From positions 124,001 to 182,563 of the forward strand of contig NGBS01000592.1 of the NCBI GenBank assembly GCA_002245135.1: DNA of 58,563 nt. The letters run 5' to 3'. Positions within the stretch are counted from its first letter, which is position 1. The number at the start of each line of letters is the position of its first letter. The notes under the pieces were generated by a model that saw nothing but the letters and a program-made list of their open reading frames with translations, did no database searches and was not told where the DNA came from. Source of the DNA: Proteromonas lacertae (Eukaryota). Both the position numbers and the translations under genes were made by a program. Of the stretch, positions 38,967 to 53,064 are shown piece after piece.

Positions 38967-41900
38967 TTAATTATTCAAATGACCAAAGAACGGAATTTCA
39001 ATATCATAGCTTGATTCATAGTAAATACAATTATTCGCATAAAATCCTATATTCTTTCCATTATTATGAACTGCAACAACTGGACAAGAACAATGTTTGC
39101 AAGAATAGATTTTATAATCATTTCCTATTCTTTTATCACTTCCTTTACCATTTTCATATTCTACTAATTTATTTAAGTTTATTGATTTATATACATATTT
39201 TCCATCTTTTATTTCATCTTTCGTTGTACATAATAAATCATTCATTTCACCCATTAACCATTTGGCTTTACTCTTTGTATTTAATGTTAATCGTTTTGTA
39301 TAACGACAAGATCTACAATGATGACTACAATCACATGTTATTGCTTCTATCTTTTCATCTTTCTTTAAACTGCTTTTGTTCTTATTTACATTCAAGATAT
39401 ATAACATTCCATGACAAGTACAACTATTAAAATAATAACCAACATAATTATCATCTAATGGTTTTGTTGGATTTGAACATAATAATTCAGAAGGAATATG
39501 AATATTACCATAAAATGGATCATAAGTATTCATTAAGTAAATCATAGCATCTAATGGCTTAAGGAAATAATGTTTTACTAAATGATAATATAATATCGTA
39601 TATAATGCAGATATTACAAATGGCGTTATTGTTATTAACACTGAACCACCTCCTCTAGTTACTAATCGGATTTGTTCACAGATTGAATTTAAATCTTCGG
39701 TTGTTTGACAATCTCTATAATATAATTCGATTAAACCACGCCATAGTAATGTCGTTATCCAATCAAATGAATGATGACAGTTTGGATTGGTACAAATATG
39801 AATACAATAAGCAAAATGATTCTTCCATAATAAATTGGGAGTTACGTTGGATATTGATGTAACGGCTATATTTCGAGTTATCCAAACTACCAATGATTCA
39901 TCATATTTTTCAATTCCAAAATTTGTTCCATGTCCAAGTGATAAACCAACACCAGCACCAACTCCTGGTTTACTTTTCTTCACATTTAATGATGATTTTG
40001 CTAAAGATAATGGACTTGATGGTAATTTTAAATTATTCAATAATAAACTCTCAAATCTATCTATTACATCATTAATTGTTGGTCTTTCTTTTGCATTTCT
40101 ATTACATACATAATTTAGAAAATTTATATAATTCTTATTATTCTTCAATTTTCTTTCTTTTTCACTTGAAATTACAGATCCACTTGTTTGTAATAATAAT
40201 TGAAAGTTAGTCCCTAATATATTACTACCATCTTCTACAGATTTACTTACATCTCCATTCACAAATAAATAATCACCACCACTCATTAATTCATAGAATA
40301 AACATCCTAACGACCAAATATCACTACTTGTTGTTATTTCATTTAATTTTTCTTTTATCATTTCAGGACTTCTTATACATTCTGTTCCTGTCACGAATTT
40401 TTTACCATTCACTGACATACAACTGCCAAAATCACTAATACAAACTGAAGAAGGTTTATTAAACTCATAATTTCGTATTAACACATTACCACACTTTATA
40501 TCGCCATGAATTATATTATTATTATGTAAAAATTTTACACAATATAATATTCTTAAAAATATTAATAGTTTATATTCATCATTTACTTCTTCATTTCTTT
40601 CTAATATCAAATCTCTTACACTCATTAAACAACTTTCCATTACGATCCAATAATGACTATGATGAACTCCATAATCCATTAATTGACAGATTTCATGATG
40701 TCCTTTCAATTTATACATCACTGATACTTCAGGATATATTGAGAATAAAGCATTTCGACCACTTTTAGGATGAGTTGAAACCATCTTTACAGCTACTGGA
40801 TGAATAATACCATAATCACTAGAAATAACAAAATCATAACTATAAACTGTTCCATAACATCCAGCAGAAGATATTTTCTTCACATTCGTATATAAATTTG
40901 TATGAAATAAGTCACTTGTCAATAATCTTAGTAATATATAATAAGATCTTCCATAATTATTTAAATTATTTATTAATGGTTGTAGAATAGGAATCATATC
41001 AGTATTTGTTACATGATTTGTCAATATATCTAAATAATCAATTCCACTATCATTCGCTGGATCAGTTGAAGGAAATTGACTTGTGTAAGTTGAATTCAAA
41101 CAATTATTATCTTTATCTACTAATATTAAGAATAAACAAGTCAATAATTCAGCATGTAAAGTAGTATTTTTAAATATTTTCTTGTTAGAAGCAAGTAATG
41201 TAATTGCTCTTTCAGCTGTTATATTTCCATTATTATTACCATTTATACCCATCGATAATGATGGAATGTTTAACGAATCTATACTTAATCCTGTACTATT
41301 TACATTATTATTACCATTACCATTATGAGAAACAGATGATCTACTTCCTTTCTTTTTATATTTACATATTTGTGTTTCACTATCTTGTATTATTGTTGGT
41401 ATATCTGTTAGATAACTAATCTCTTTAATTAATGCATCTAATACATGTTGATCTTTTATTACTTTCTTAACTGTGTCATTATTTATTGCAATCATTTTAT
41501 TTAAACATTCTAAGAATTTGATACATAAAACAGTTGAAACATCTGATTTAGTTTGTAGTGAATATAAACTAAAGAATGTTGATAATAAAGTATTTACAAT
41601 TCCTGTTAAATCATCATAATTGGTAGATAAAGATATATTAATAGATAAACATTCAATTAATAAATCCAAAAATGAAATCAATACACTAGATAAGGATAAA
41701 ATATGTTTTGTTTGTAAAGAACAGAGGTTAAATAATATTGAGTATTGATCAACGATTAATGGTTTTAATTCACTATATTTAGTTTCAACTCTACTTGGAT
41801 TATATTCTAAATAATGATAAGTAGCACTTGCATTACATTCAAAATATAATATTAAATATTTAATGATTGATTTTATATATACTCTCAAGTATTCATTTGA

Positions 41901-44900
41901 TTCTATATCTCCCCAACTATAGAAATCAACTATTGTTGTAATAATAGACACTCCAATTCCAGAAATAGTTTTAATAGTTGATAATAATGTTACAACTGGA
42001 GTAGGAATAGCTAAACCAAAACAGCATAAAAATGGAAATTGTATAATTGAAAATATTGGAATGAAGTAAAAGATATCATCAAATTCACATTCTTTACCAC
42101 AACTACCATGATGACAAGGTAATGATAAATAAACTATATCTAAAATAGTACGATAATTTGTAATAATTGTATTTATTAAAGGATTTAAATCAGTATTACT
42201 TAGACAAGAGTACAAATTAGAACAATATTCATTCAATATATGGAAAATGGTTGTTAAATGTTTTACATTCGATCTAAAGATTTGTTCAATTCCTCTGACT
42301 TTAGAATCTTGAAATTGTAAATGAATTGGACATCCTCTCTTAGATCTACTAGTTTGAGATTGATCACATGTTTCAAAACTTAATTGAATTGCTTTACAGT
42401 ATCTTTCTATCTGATTACATAGTGAAATAATGAATATATCATTGGATTGAGTTGTTTTGATTGTTACTACTTCACTTTCTTTGCTTTTATCTTTTCCTTC
42501 TAATAATTCACTTGGTATTTGTTTCCTTGTTACAACTACTTCTTTTTTATAATTTAATAATATATCATATATTAATTGTCTACATATTGGATTTTCTGTT
42601 ATTTCATTTTCACTGATTAAATCGAATAGTACATAATAAGGATTTTGACATATTAAATAGGGAGTATAAGATAATGGTGGTTCATAAGCTATTTCTTCTA
42701 ACAAACATGTCTTTGTCGTTGTTGTATTGGTGGTTGTAGTTGCATTTGTATAGCCAGCAATCTTAGCATATCCTTGTTGAAATCCATATAAACCATTATT
42801 GCTATAGTTATCAGATGGTAATTCTAAAGCTAGTGGTGGTATAAATGGCTTTGGAGTTGGTGTAGATTTTGTTGTATCAGGTGTAGCTGTGTGAATATCA
42901 TTATCTATTGGTAAATTCTTCACAGTTCCTATAGACAATTCTTTATTCTCTATTACACCACCACCTGCACTTGCTCTTCTTCTTCTACCAGATTCATCAT
43001 CATCAGTATCACCTTCTAAATGATCATTCTTTTTATCATTAATATTATTATCATCAAAACTTCTAGCACTTGATATAAATGAAACTTGTTCTTCATCTTT
43101 ATAAGCGAAATCCATAAATCCATCACAATATACACAGTGAGGAATAACTTTATTAAAATCAATAGATTGTATCATATTTACTGCACTTAGTTCTTTATTA
43201 GTGGAATATAAATTAAAACCATCTCTTTTTACTCTCAAAATCTGTGAAACTGCTAATAGAATATGTGATGTAACAATTACAGTTAAAGATGTATCTTCTT
43301 CAGTTGCTGGCTTTGTTCTTGAGGTGATTAAATGACTTCTTGACTTCACACGATCAGTTACTGGACTTGCAGTTGCTGCAATTATTTTCATTTCTTTTCT
43401 ACTGTTATTTCCATTGCCATTTCCATTGAGTGTATTAGTAGGAATAACATGTAAAGATGAGAGTTGTTTATTATCCATTATTGATGGATTTACACCACCA
43501 GGTGTTGGAATTTCATCATCAAATTCATCTTTTGAATTAAAAGTAATTTCTGATGGATGTAATAATGAATTTACATTGACATTGAAATTATTAGATTTAT
43601 TTAAAATGATTAAGAGTCTTTGGATATTTTTTATCTGGGAAATATGGTTAATCACTTCACCTCTTCCTCCTGTATAGAATATATATCCTAATATATTCTT
43701 AGATGATGGAGTTAAACATAAATACTTTAAATGTTTTTGTTTTTTAGTTTTTATTCCTTCTAAATTAGGCATTCTTGGAGCAGCTAATAGTTTGATTGCA
43801 TCTGGACCGGTGTTATTATTACTATTTTCAAAGGATGTTGATGTCTCAGGCTTGTGACAGCTTGGTGAAGTACAGGAGGCAAATCCATCTGGTATTTTAT
43901 AGTGTAACGCATTATATAATTGATTCAATAACAATGAAAAACCTCCTTTCATACAAAATACACGATGAAATACATCCTTATCTACAAGTATTGCTATTAA
44001 TGCGTATAATATAGTGGTATTTTTATTCATTTTTAAATGATATAGTAATTCTGTTATTATTGACTCGTTTGCTTTTCTACATGATTTACAGAGTGATTCC
44101 ATTGTGTGTATTATACTTTCTCTCAATTTACTTTCCTGTGAAAATATAATTGTATATCTATTAGAATAATCTACAACAGATTCACAATCTGAGTTTAAAA
44201 TTAATGATATTAGTGAAATGGATAATGGTAAGTGAGGAATATGATATGCAGATGTTGAAGATTTGTGTTTACAGAATTGAGATATTTGTTTCAAGCCTGT
44301 CTGAATCAACTCACTATCTGCTGAATCTAGAAGTGTGAATATTTTATCAATTTGTCCAAAAAACGCAGTATTGGAGGTTGCTAACTTCAAAAAATCCTCA
44401 GTTCGACTAAATTTAATAAATATATAAATTTATAATATACTGAACTATTTCACTCGTTTCTCTACTCTCTAGATATGACTTTGACAAAAATGTATTCAAA
44501 AATGACTCAAAACTATCCACAGGATGTGCTGGATGTTTCATTTCAAAACATTTCCTTGTTTCTGACGCTCTTATCATTTCAGTGATTTCCAATCGTTCAA
44601 AATCTACAGATATTAGCACTAAAACAACTTTATCATGTGCTTGTGAATATTTTGAAATGAACTTCATTGTTTTGGTTGTATTATTGTTTAGTGTATCTTC
44701 TTCATCATCTCTTAACTTTCTCATTATACATACCAACTCTTTACGTGGAAATAGAACATATGTCCGTCTTGATACTTCTGCTAAAATTTCTTCCATTTCA
44801 CTTGTTTCAAAGAAGCTTGGATCATTGACGAATTCATTAACAAATTTAGATACCTATAATCATATATTACTTTAGTTATATAATACTTTGTCAAAAAAAT

Positions 44901-45358
44901 AGTCTCTTATGGAAGATAATTTCTCATAATCTGAATCTGGTATTTCATACAGAGATTTACCTATTTTTTATATAATAATAAGTGCTAATACAAGTTTCTA
45001 TTACATTTGATGACTTGGCTTGGATATTACCAATATAAAGATGTCTCAATTTCTTCAGTAACTAAAAATAAATAGGATATTAACATACTTTTACCGTCAT
45101 AAAAGCTTTAAAGTTTATATTAGCTCCGTGGTGAGCAGTATTAGTGTTTATCGGTAGATCTTCTGTGGTTATCATACATGTACCTGAAGATTTATTGTGA
45201 AAAAAACAAGCAAGTGATTCTACAATATAATAAGTCTTAACGATAACCATACTCTGATCTGCAGAAAGTACCTGAACTGGATGAAAATTAGTGACACTGG
45301 TAGCGCTCTTGGCTATTAGATAAGCACAAGCACTATCAAAATTATAAGGACTACTCAT
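38967..45358 (-). CDS. Giant Ser/Thr protein kinase: helical N-terminus, kinase domain, degenerate DUSP-like domain, Cys-rich tail
   Basis: AGCYGTVY, VAVK, IIHGDIKCGNVL, DFG, GTECIRSPE, DIWSLGCLFYEL within a 5.4-kb exon; upstream exons from ATG 45358. Confidence 0.85.
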
Positions 45359-45588
45359 CTATAAAATGTATAACGAAAAATAACGAAACGGTAATATTTC
45401 AAAATTCACATAATTCATTTATGAATTACCAAGGAAACATTATTTATATTTATATATTGAATCACACTTGCATAAAACAACTCATAATAGAAAATACGTT
45501 TGATAATGAAATTAATATCTACAAGTTACAGATCTATCTATTATTTCTATCACAGTTATCATCAGCTATTATTTTATATTTCAATAAT

Positions 45589-48500
45589 TCAAAATGATAA
45601 GTCCCTTTTATTAAATTTAGATTTAAAGAGAACAACTGAGAACTAAATACAGCTTTAGCAGTTACTATACATTATATAAGCATAATAATATATACATGTT
45701 CTTTTTTCTTGACCAAGAATACCTTCTTCACCAAAATACTCTCCAACAATACAATACTTGACTATTTTTTCATTTTCAGCTTCAATATTCTCAATCAGTG
45801 CTAATTTACCTTTAACAATGAAGTAAACATCAGTTGCATATTCACCTTCATGGTATAAAAAATCTTTATGAGATAAATATACAGGCTATAAAGGATAAAA
45901 AACATCGAATATATATACATCTAAAATTGTCATCATATAAGCAACAAAACCAAAATCTTTTTCATCTTTAAATATCATTATTTTAGGAATATAATCTCTA
46001 TATACATATAATACAATTTGAGTAGATAAATGCTCAGGTAATTCATTCAATAAACTATTCTCACCATATGGTGTTTTAATATGAAATAAGAATTGATAAT
46101 GATTAAATACTCTATCAACCATCCTTTGAGGTATTTTTCTATCATCTAAATAAGCAGCTATTTGATTCATTCTGACAGTATTTTTACCTCCACTTGATTG
46201 CATTTGAGTTACTAAATCAGATACTCCTCCAATAATCCATGCAAATACAACTGATCCAATAATAACCAATATAATACTAACTATCCTTTCTATATCATTT
46301 CTGCCTGATAAATCACCATATCCTGTCGTTGTGATTGTTGAAAAACTCCAATATAATGATCCAATATATAAATCAGTTAAAGATGCATTGACGAAACTTG
46401 GAGTTATTGTCCATCTATCTGAATAAGACTCAAAAGTGGAGAAATAATAAAACACACATGCCGCACAATGAGCAATATAAAACACTTCAAATAATAAAGT
46501 AGTCATTCGATTGACATTTGGTGAAAACTCAAATTTGACTGTTATATTTGTATATAAACTATTCAATTTGAACAGACGGAGTAATGGTAAGATATAAAAT
46601 ATCTTTAATCCTTTCCAATTCTTTGAATAAGGAGGTTTGAAAATACCTGTTGCAGGAAATATTAAATCTAATGGCAATATCGCTAATAAATCTATAAAGA
46701 ACCAACCTTCTAAATAATGTCTTAATATTAACTTTGGTTCTTTTATCAACACAGTTTTCTTATTATAATAAGCTGTTCTTGTTGATAAAAACATATCAAA
46801 TAAGAAAAATACATAACAAATAATCTTAATAACCAGCCAAGGAGTTGCAGCTTCAGTACCAAATGCTATTCGATAAGGGCATTCAATCAAATTTAAAAAA
46901 ATTAGAAGTAAAATAATGCAATTGTAATAAGCTCGTATTGTTGTATCTGGTAAGTAAACGTAAGGCGGAAGTTCTTCATCTTTTTCATAATCTTCAACAT
47001 CTTCATTTAACATAGATAATAGATCAGCAACATTGTCTTTTATCTCAGTTTTTTCTTTTAATATTCTTACTACTTCTTCTTTAAATTCTCCTTCTAATTT
47101 CATCTTAAATCCATTACAAAGTAAATAGTCACAGAATAATGCGTTCTTTCTCCTTGCAGCTAAATGATATGTTTCTGTTCTCTGTTCTTCTAAAACTGTT
47201 GGTGAATCAATAGTAACATTAAATACTGAACTTCTCTTCTGTTTTGGATTTAAGAATGGAGGTAATGTTTCTGAACGTCCTAATTGATTAGAATCATATC
47301 TAAATGACATTTTTGAAGTAGAAGTGGGTGTTGAATAACCTGATGATTTACAAGATAATAATTCCTGTCGAGTTATTACGGATTTCTTGGCTTTAACATT
47401 CTCTAAATATTTCATAAATGTTTTTATTTCGATTAATCGATCTGAAGCTGTTTTCATGAATTTTTTACAGAGAGTTGAATATTTCTTCATTAATCTAGCT
47501 AAATCATTCCTATAAATAATAATAATAATAATTTAATGATATAGTAAATATATATATACTTTGTAATAAACAACAAATCACATTTTGTAGCTGCACAGAA
47601 TGAACAAGGACTTGGAATATCCAAAACAGTGGAAATATCACCAAAATAATGTCCAGCGAAATAAATACCACAAGTAAATGGAGAATTTTGATAATCAACA
47701 AACATTTCAGTTTCCCCTTTTTGTATAAAGTATATTTCTCTACCAATCCAACCATCATGTGATATTAAATCACCTTGATCGTGGAACATAGGTCGTAAAC
47801 ATAATAATAACTCAGTTATTGTTGTTCTAGTTTCTTTTATGAATATTGGACAGTAAGAGGCAAAATCGTAGAATTGTTCTGATACAATTTGATTGGTTAT
47901 ATTATCTGATAAATCTGATAATACAAATTCTTCATCAAATACAGATTTGTGTCTATAAAAATACTTATAATATTTCAATATTTTATTAGTTAATGCATGT
48001 GATAAACCTCTATCTCGACAATATTGCTTTACTTTAATAATCTTCTTATCTGATACTATTTTCTTAATTGAAGGATCATTATAAATCGAACCAATATCAC
48101 CTACTAGATAACCATAAGTAACAGCACCACAAGTTTGTGTGAGTATACACACTAATCTTTCATATGAATTATTACCTGATAAATCACCATATCCAACTGT
48201 AGCTATAGTAACAATTGACCAATATAATGATGAAATATATTGAGTGAACTTAGATGAATCTTGAATACCTAATATATACAGCCAAGACTCGTGTGGTTTA
48301 GAAACTATATAATTAATAATAATAACATATATATATATATACTATATCTACCACAATAATACCAAGTACATGAAAACAAATGAGCTATAACTAAAACAAC
48401 AACAAACAATTTTGTGAGTGAAAACATACGAGGATTAATTCTTAGTTTCTGCCTAATCCAATCTGTATGATTGAATACTTCAAAGGCTCTTAGTAATCTT

Positions 48501-49792
48501 AATAATTGTAATAATCTGAAATGCATTGTAACAGTGGTGAAACACGGATCGAATGGGAAAATACTTATAAAATCAACAATAAACCAAGAACTATGAGAAT
48601 ATTATTAATATTTCATATACTGTATGTAATTATGTACAATTGTCTTAATATTTGTATCTAATACGTTTCTATCATATGCATCAGAATGAGCAGTTATAAA
48701 ATTCAATAATAAGTACAATTAGTATTAAAGAAATATATATATATATATATGAATATATAAGAATGATATATCAACCCAATAGGTTATATCCAATATAATC
48801 TTAAATGCTAAACACCATCCTGTATAATTCAAATGAAAACCAACAATAATAGGAATAAATATAGTAGCAAGACTATTACATAAATAATAATAATTTATAC
48901 ACGATCATAATACTATTAAATCCTTTCCATAATTTCATAACCGTACATCTTGGATCTATAATATAAGTATTAGTAACAAAGAATTGAATATCAATATTAT
49001 CTTCATTAGCAGTGTTTTTCTCTGATATTGTGTCTGATATCTTATTTTTACCGGATTTATAACCTCTTTCTAACATTTGAATTCTGATAAACTCGTTATT
49101 TACCATTATCTCCTGTTTTTTGAAACAAGTTTCATAAGGTGGAGGTATAATCTCTGGATTCTCACTTAAATCATTGTTTTGAACTTTTCGAGTATTTCTT
49201 AAGGTAGAATAGAGAAAATCTGAAGCATCCAGATCTCTAATGAAAATAATCAATGTAAATATATATATACAAAGTTTTCAATGGTTTAGGACTTTCCGAT
49301 GAATTGTCTTCTTCACTTATGGGAGATGAATTGTTATGTTTTTCAGTAGATATCTGAGGAGGTAATGCAGCTTCAGGCAATGTACTATATTTAATAGTTT
49401 GAATAAAATTTATACAAATCTGATGTAGAGGATGGTTTTCGTAGAATATCTGGAGGTCTTCTGGTTAATGTCTAATTGGTTAAGAAAAAAATACATACAT
49501 TAAGACGAAGCATAGGTGGCGTTGAAATAGTCGAACTAGAAGGAGTTATCTCTCGCTTTGTTTCCGTTACTACAGATATATTGTCGGAAGGTGTTTTAGC
49601 ACGAGTTTCACTGTAATTTTATCAGAAAAAAATATACTGTGTCTCTGGGAATGTTAATGGAGGCATTTCTAAAGTTTGATGGTGATGATGGTGATGCGTT
49701 GTTCTGGTTGATGACAATTCATTCTAAAATATATTAAATATATATACTTGCAGCAACGGTGGAGTTTTATAACCATTCCGACCTTCTGACAT
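45589..49792 (-). CDS. Cyclic-nucleotide-binding-domain K+ channel with two tandem 6TM-pore-CNBD repeats
   Basis: Repeat 1: WFIVDFISIFP, LLRLLR, YWSIVTIATVGYGDL, CNBD GHYFGD. Repeat 2: WFFIDLLAILP, LLRLFKL, YWSFSTITTTGYGDL, CNBD GEYFGE. Repeats joined by a short intron near 47500-47540. Start codon is tentative. Confidence 0.88.
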
Positions 49793-49811
49793 CTAAAATC
49801 AAAAAAGATGA

Positions 49812-49911
49812 AAAATGAAAAAAGAAATTTGGCTGTTATTTCTTTGTTAATGCGACAAGAAAATACAAACATTTTGGAGATTATTTTGACTGTCGCTTCA
49901 GAAGAGAAAGA
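49812..49911. repeat. 100-bp direct repeat, copy 1
   Basis: About 93/100 identical to 52882-52981 by manual alignment. Confidence 0.92.
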
Positions 49912-51049
49912 CTGTGAATCATTATTACCAGGTAAATACATTTATTTTGAATGTTAACTTGATTACATCTTTTGTAATAAATTATCATTGATCACTATCA
50001 ATCTGATGAGTTTTAATGGCATTGCCATTAGCTGAATAACAATAGTACTCTTTTCCACATGCTTTACAGATGCAAATTTTAAAGTCTTCAATTTTCACAT
50101 ATGCTTTATGATGAAAATAATAAAAAATATTTTAGATAAAAAACTTTAAATATCAGAATATAAGATTAATACAAAGTAGTTCAAATCACTAAATAAGGGT
50201 ATATCCATAAGTATAAATGATTGATATTGTCAACTTTTAATACACGTTTATTTTAATACATATGTATTTTTCTAATATTCTTGTTTCTATTTTATTATTT
50301 TTATAAAATTCTGTTATATTTTTTCATGCTAATTTTGGTAACTCCCTCATCGTAACTTTTGGTTTATGAAAAATTTCCAGTTGGTTTGACCAACTAGTTA
50401 TGATGAGGCTTGAATTTCTAATTTATAACTATCTTCACTATTAATACTTTTATCTACTTCAAATATAATCGGAAGTTGATTTTCTAACATGTCCTATAAT
50501 TTTCACTAAGTTTATACGATTCTCAAAAATAAAGTCGTTTCTATTTCTTTATTCTCATACAGAAGTCTAACTTAATAGCAACTGATAACATAATGATAAT
50601 TAGCTCATATAATTAAGAATAGAAATTCAAAAAATTCAAAAATTAATGTAAATATTGCTTGATGTAACTTGATTCTCTTTATAATTTTTATTTTTCTCTA
50701 CATAAATGAAACACTCACTTTGAATGATCTTTTGTCGTGTATATTTATAAGTAATAATTCTATTACCTATTTGAATTAACGTATATGCAATTTTTATTCA
50801 GGGATAATTTAGCCTTTATCTTAAATATCAAATTGGAAAGTAATAACATCTTCCGAAGTTTATCTTTCTCTTTGGCGAAGTAAATTTTGGAAATTTTACA
50901 TTTCTTTTATACATTAAACATATTTGTTGTACTATTATTAGTATACGATTTAGAAAAGATTAATGGAAAAAAGATAATTCTTATTAGAGTATCTTCCAAC
51001 CAACTCCTAAATTTTTACCACAGTATACTGTTTTAAAATCCATATAATT

Positions 51050-51285
51050 ATGGATATTGTAAATCAAGGCGAACTTATCATTTCACATTTTTATAGGTAT
51101 ATTATTTATAATTGACATTAAATAGAGGTGATTTTACATGAGCATTAGCAACAGCTTTCCGAACAACAGTCATTGCTTCAAAAGACACTAGTACGAGGCC
51201 TCCAACCACAACAATCAACAATACGACATTTATGTACATTCGTTATGGTTCTTTGTTTTTTGTTGCTATCACACGTAACAATGTA
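51050..51285 (+). pseudogene. 5' fragment duplicate of AP-2 mu
   Basis: IVNQ-GELIISHFYR, intron at the homologous position, then GDFT*ALATAFRTTVIASKDT...FVAITRNNV; in-frame TGA at 51139; truncated. Confidence 0.9.
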
Positions 51286-51384
51286 TTTTCTTGATTATAT
51301 TTTTCTTAATAAGAGAAGTTCAAAAAAATCTCTACATACTCAAATATACTATTCTGTAGTGAAATTAGATTTTTTCTATATATA

Positions 51385-52756
51385 ATGATAAGTGCTATAT
51401 TAATTGTCAATCAAAAAGGTGAATTGGTTATTTCACGTTTCTATAGGTATGATAGAATAGTTTTTGATCTTCTTTACTCATATTTTATAGAGGTGATGTA
51501 ACAAGAGCTGCTGCCACAGCATTCAGAACAACAGTCATTGCTTCAAAAGATACTGGCACGAAGCCTCCAATCACAACAATCAACAATACGACATTTATGT
51601 ACATTCGTTTAGGTTCTTTGTTCTTTGTTGCTATCACACGTAAGAATGTAAATGCAAGTATGGTATTCCACTTTTTATTTCATTTGGTTGATATTTTATC
51701 TGCTTATTTTGGTAAAAACTTCACAGAAGATGATATTCGTTCACAGTTCACATTAGTTTACGAAATTTTTGATGAAATATTAGATTATGGCTATCCACAA
51801 GCTAGTGGTATTGATATGTTGAAGATGCTGATTAATCTTGGTAATGTGCAAAGTACAGAAGCACAACCAGAAGCATCATTAACTGAACAAATTACTGGTT
51901 CTATTGATTGGAGAAAAGAAGGTATTTACCATCGTAAGAATGAAGTGTTCATTGATGTATTGGAATCAGTTGATTTGCTTATTGTATTAAATTATTTATA
52001 TATTTGAATTAATAGAGTGCACAAGGAAATATATTACGTCAAGAGGTGAATGGTAAAGTGATGATGAAATCATTCTTATCAGGTATGCCTGAATGTAAAT
52101 TTGGATTAAACGATAAACTTCTAATGGAAGGTGATGGTAAGAAATCAAAAGGAAAGAAGAAAGTTAAAGGTGTAGAAATTGATGATTGTACTTTCCATAA
52201 GTGTGTTAAATTATCAACGTTTGATACTGATAGAACAATTACATTTATTCCACCTGATGGTGAATTTGAACTTATGAAATATCGTGTAACTGAGAATGTA
52301 AATGTTCCAATAAAAATACAACCAGTTTATGATGAATCAAGTAAGAGATCAATGATTATTAATATTAAAGCAACAGCTGATTTTGATCCAAAATTATTTG
52401 CTCAAAATGTCGCAATTCATATTCCTGTTCCTCCAACTACAGCTGTTTGTACTCCAAAGACAATAGGTGGTCAAGCCAAATACGAACCAGCTGAAAAGGC
52501 ATGTGTATGGAGATTACGTAAATTCCCAGGTGGTACTGAATATACACTAACAATTGAAGTTCAATTAGTTGGATCTGCTGTAGATAGACCTTGGACATCA
52601 AGAGCTCCAATTAGTTTAGAATTCCAAGCACCTATGTTCACTTCATCTGGTTTATATGTCAGATTCTTGAAAGTATATGAGAAATCATCTTATCAAACTA
52701 CTAAATGGGTTCGATATTTAACAAGAGCTGGTGAATATCAAATGCGTATTGTATAA
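51385..52756 (+). CDS. AP2M1: AP-2 complex mu subunit
   Basis: MISAILIVNQKGELVISRFYR, DEILDYGYPQ, KNEVFIDVLE, LSGMPECKFGLNDK, DDCTFHKCV, FIPPDGEFELMKYR, KWVRYLTRAGEYQ; two introns. Confidence 0.93.
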
Positions 52757-52881
52757 AAAATTGAATTACTTTTTATCTAAAAAGAAATGTATAATTAGTT
52801 TTACCATTTTATGAATTATTTTACTTATTTCTGTTATTTTTATATGTTTATTTTAACTGTTTGACAGTAAAAAATATTGTT

Positions 52882-52981
52882 AAAATGAAAAAAGAAATTT
52901 GGCTATTATTTCTTTGTTAATGCAACAAGAAAATACAAACATTCTGGAGATTATTTTGACTGTCTCTTTTGAAAAGAAAGA
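52882..52981. repeat. 100-bp direct repeat, copy 2
   Basis: Partner of 49812-49911; lies between the convergent 3' ends of AP2M1 and otubain. Confidence 0.92.
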
Positions 52982-53064
52982 TGAACAATTAATATACAAA
53001 TATATATTATATAAATTTATAATCTAATGTAAAATAATATGAAAAACAACAAATTAATGAAATC

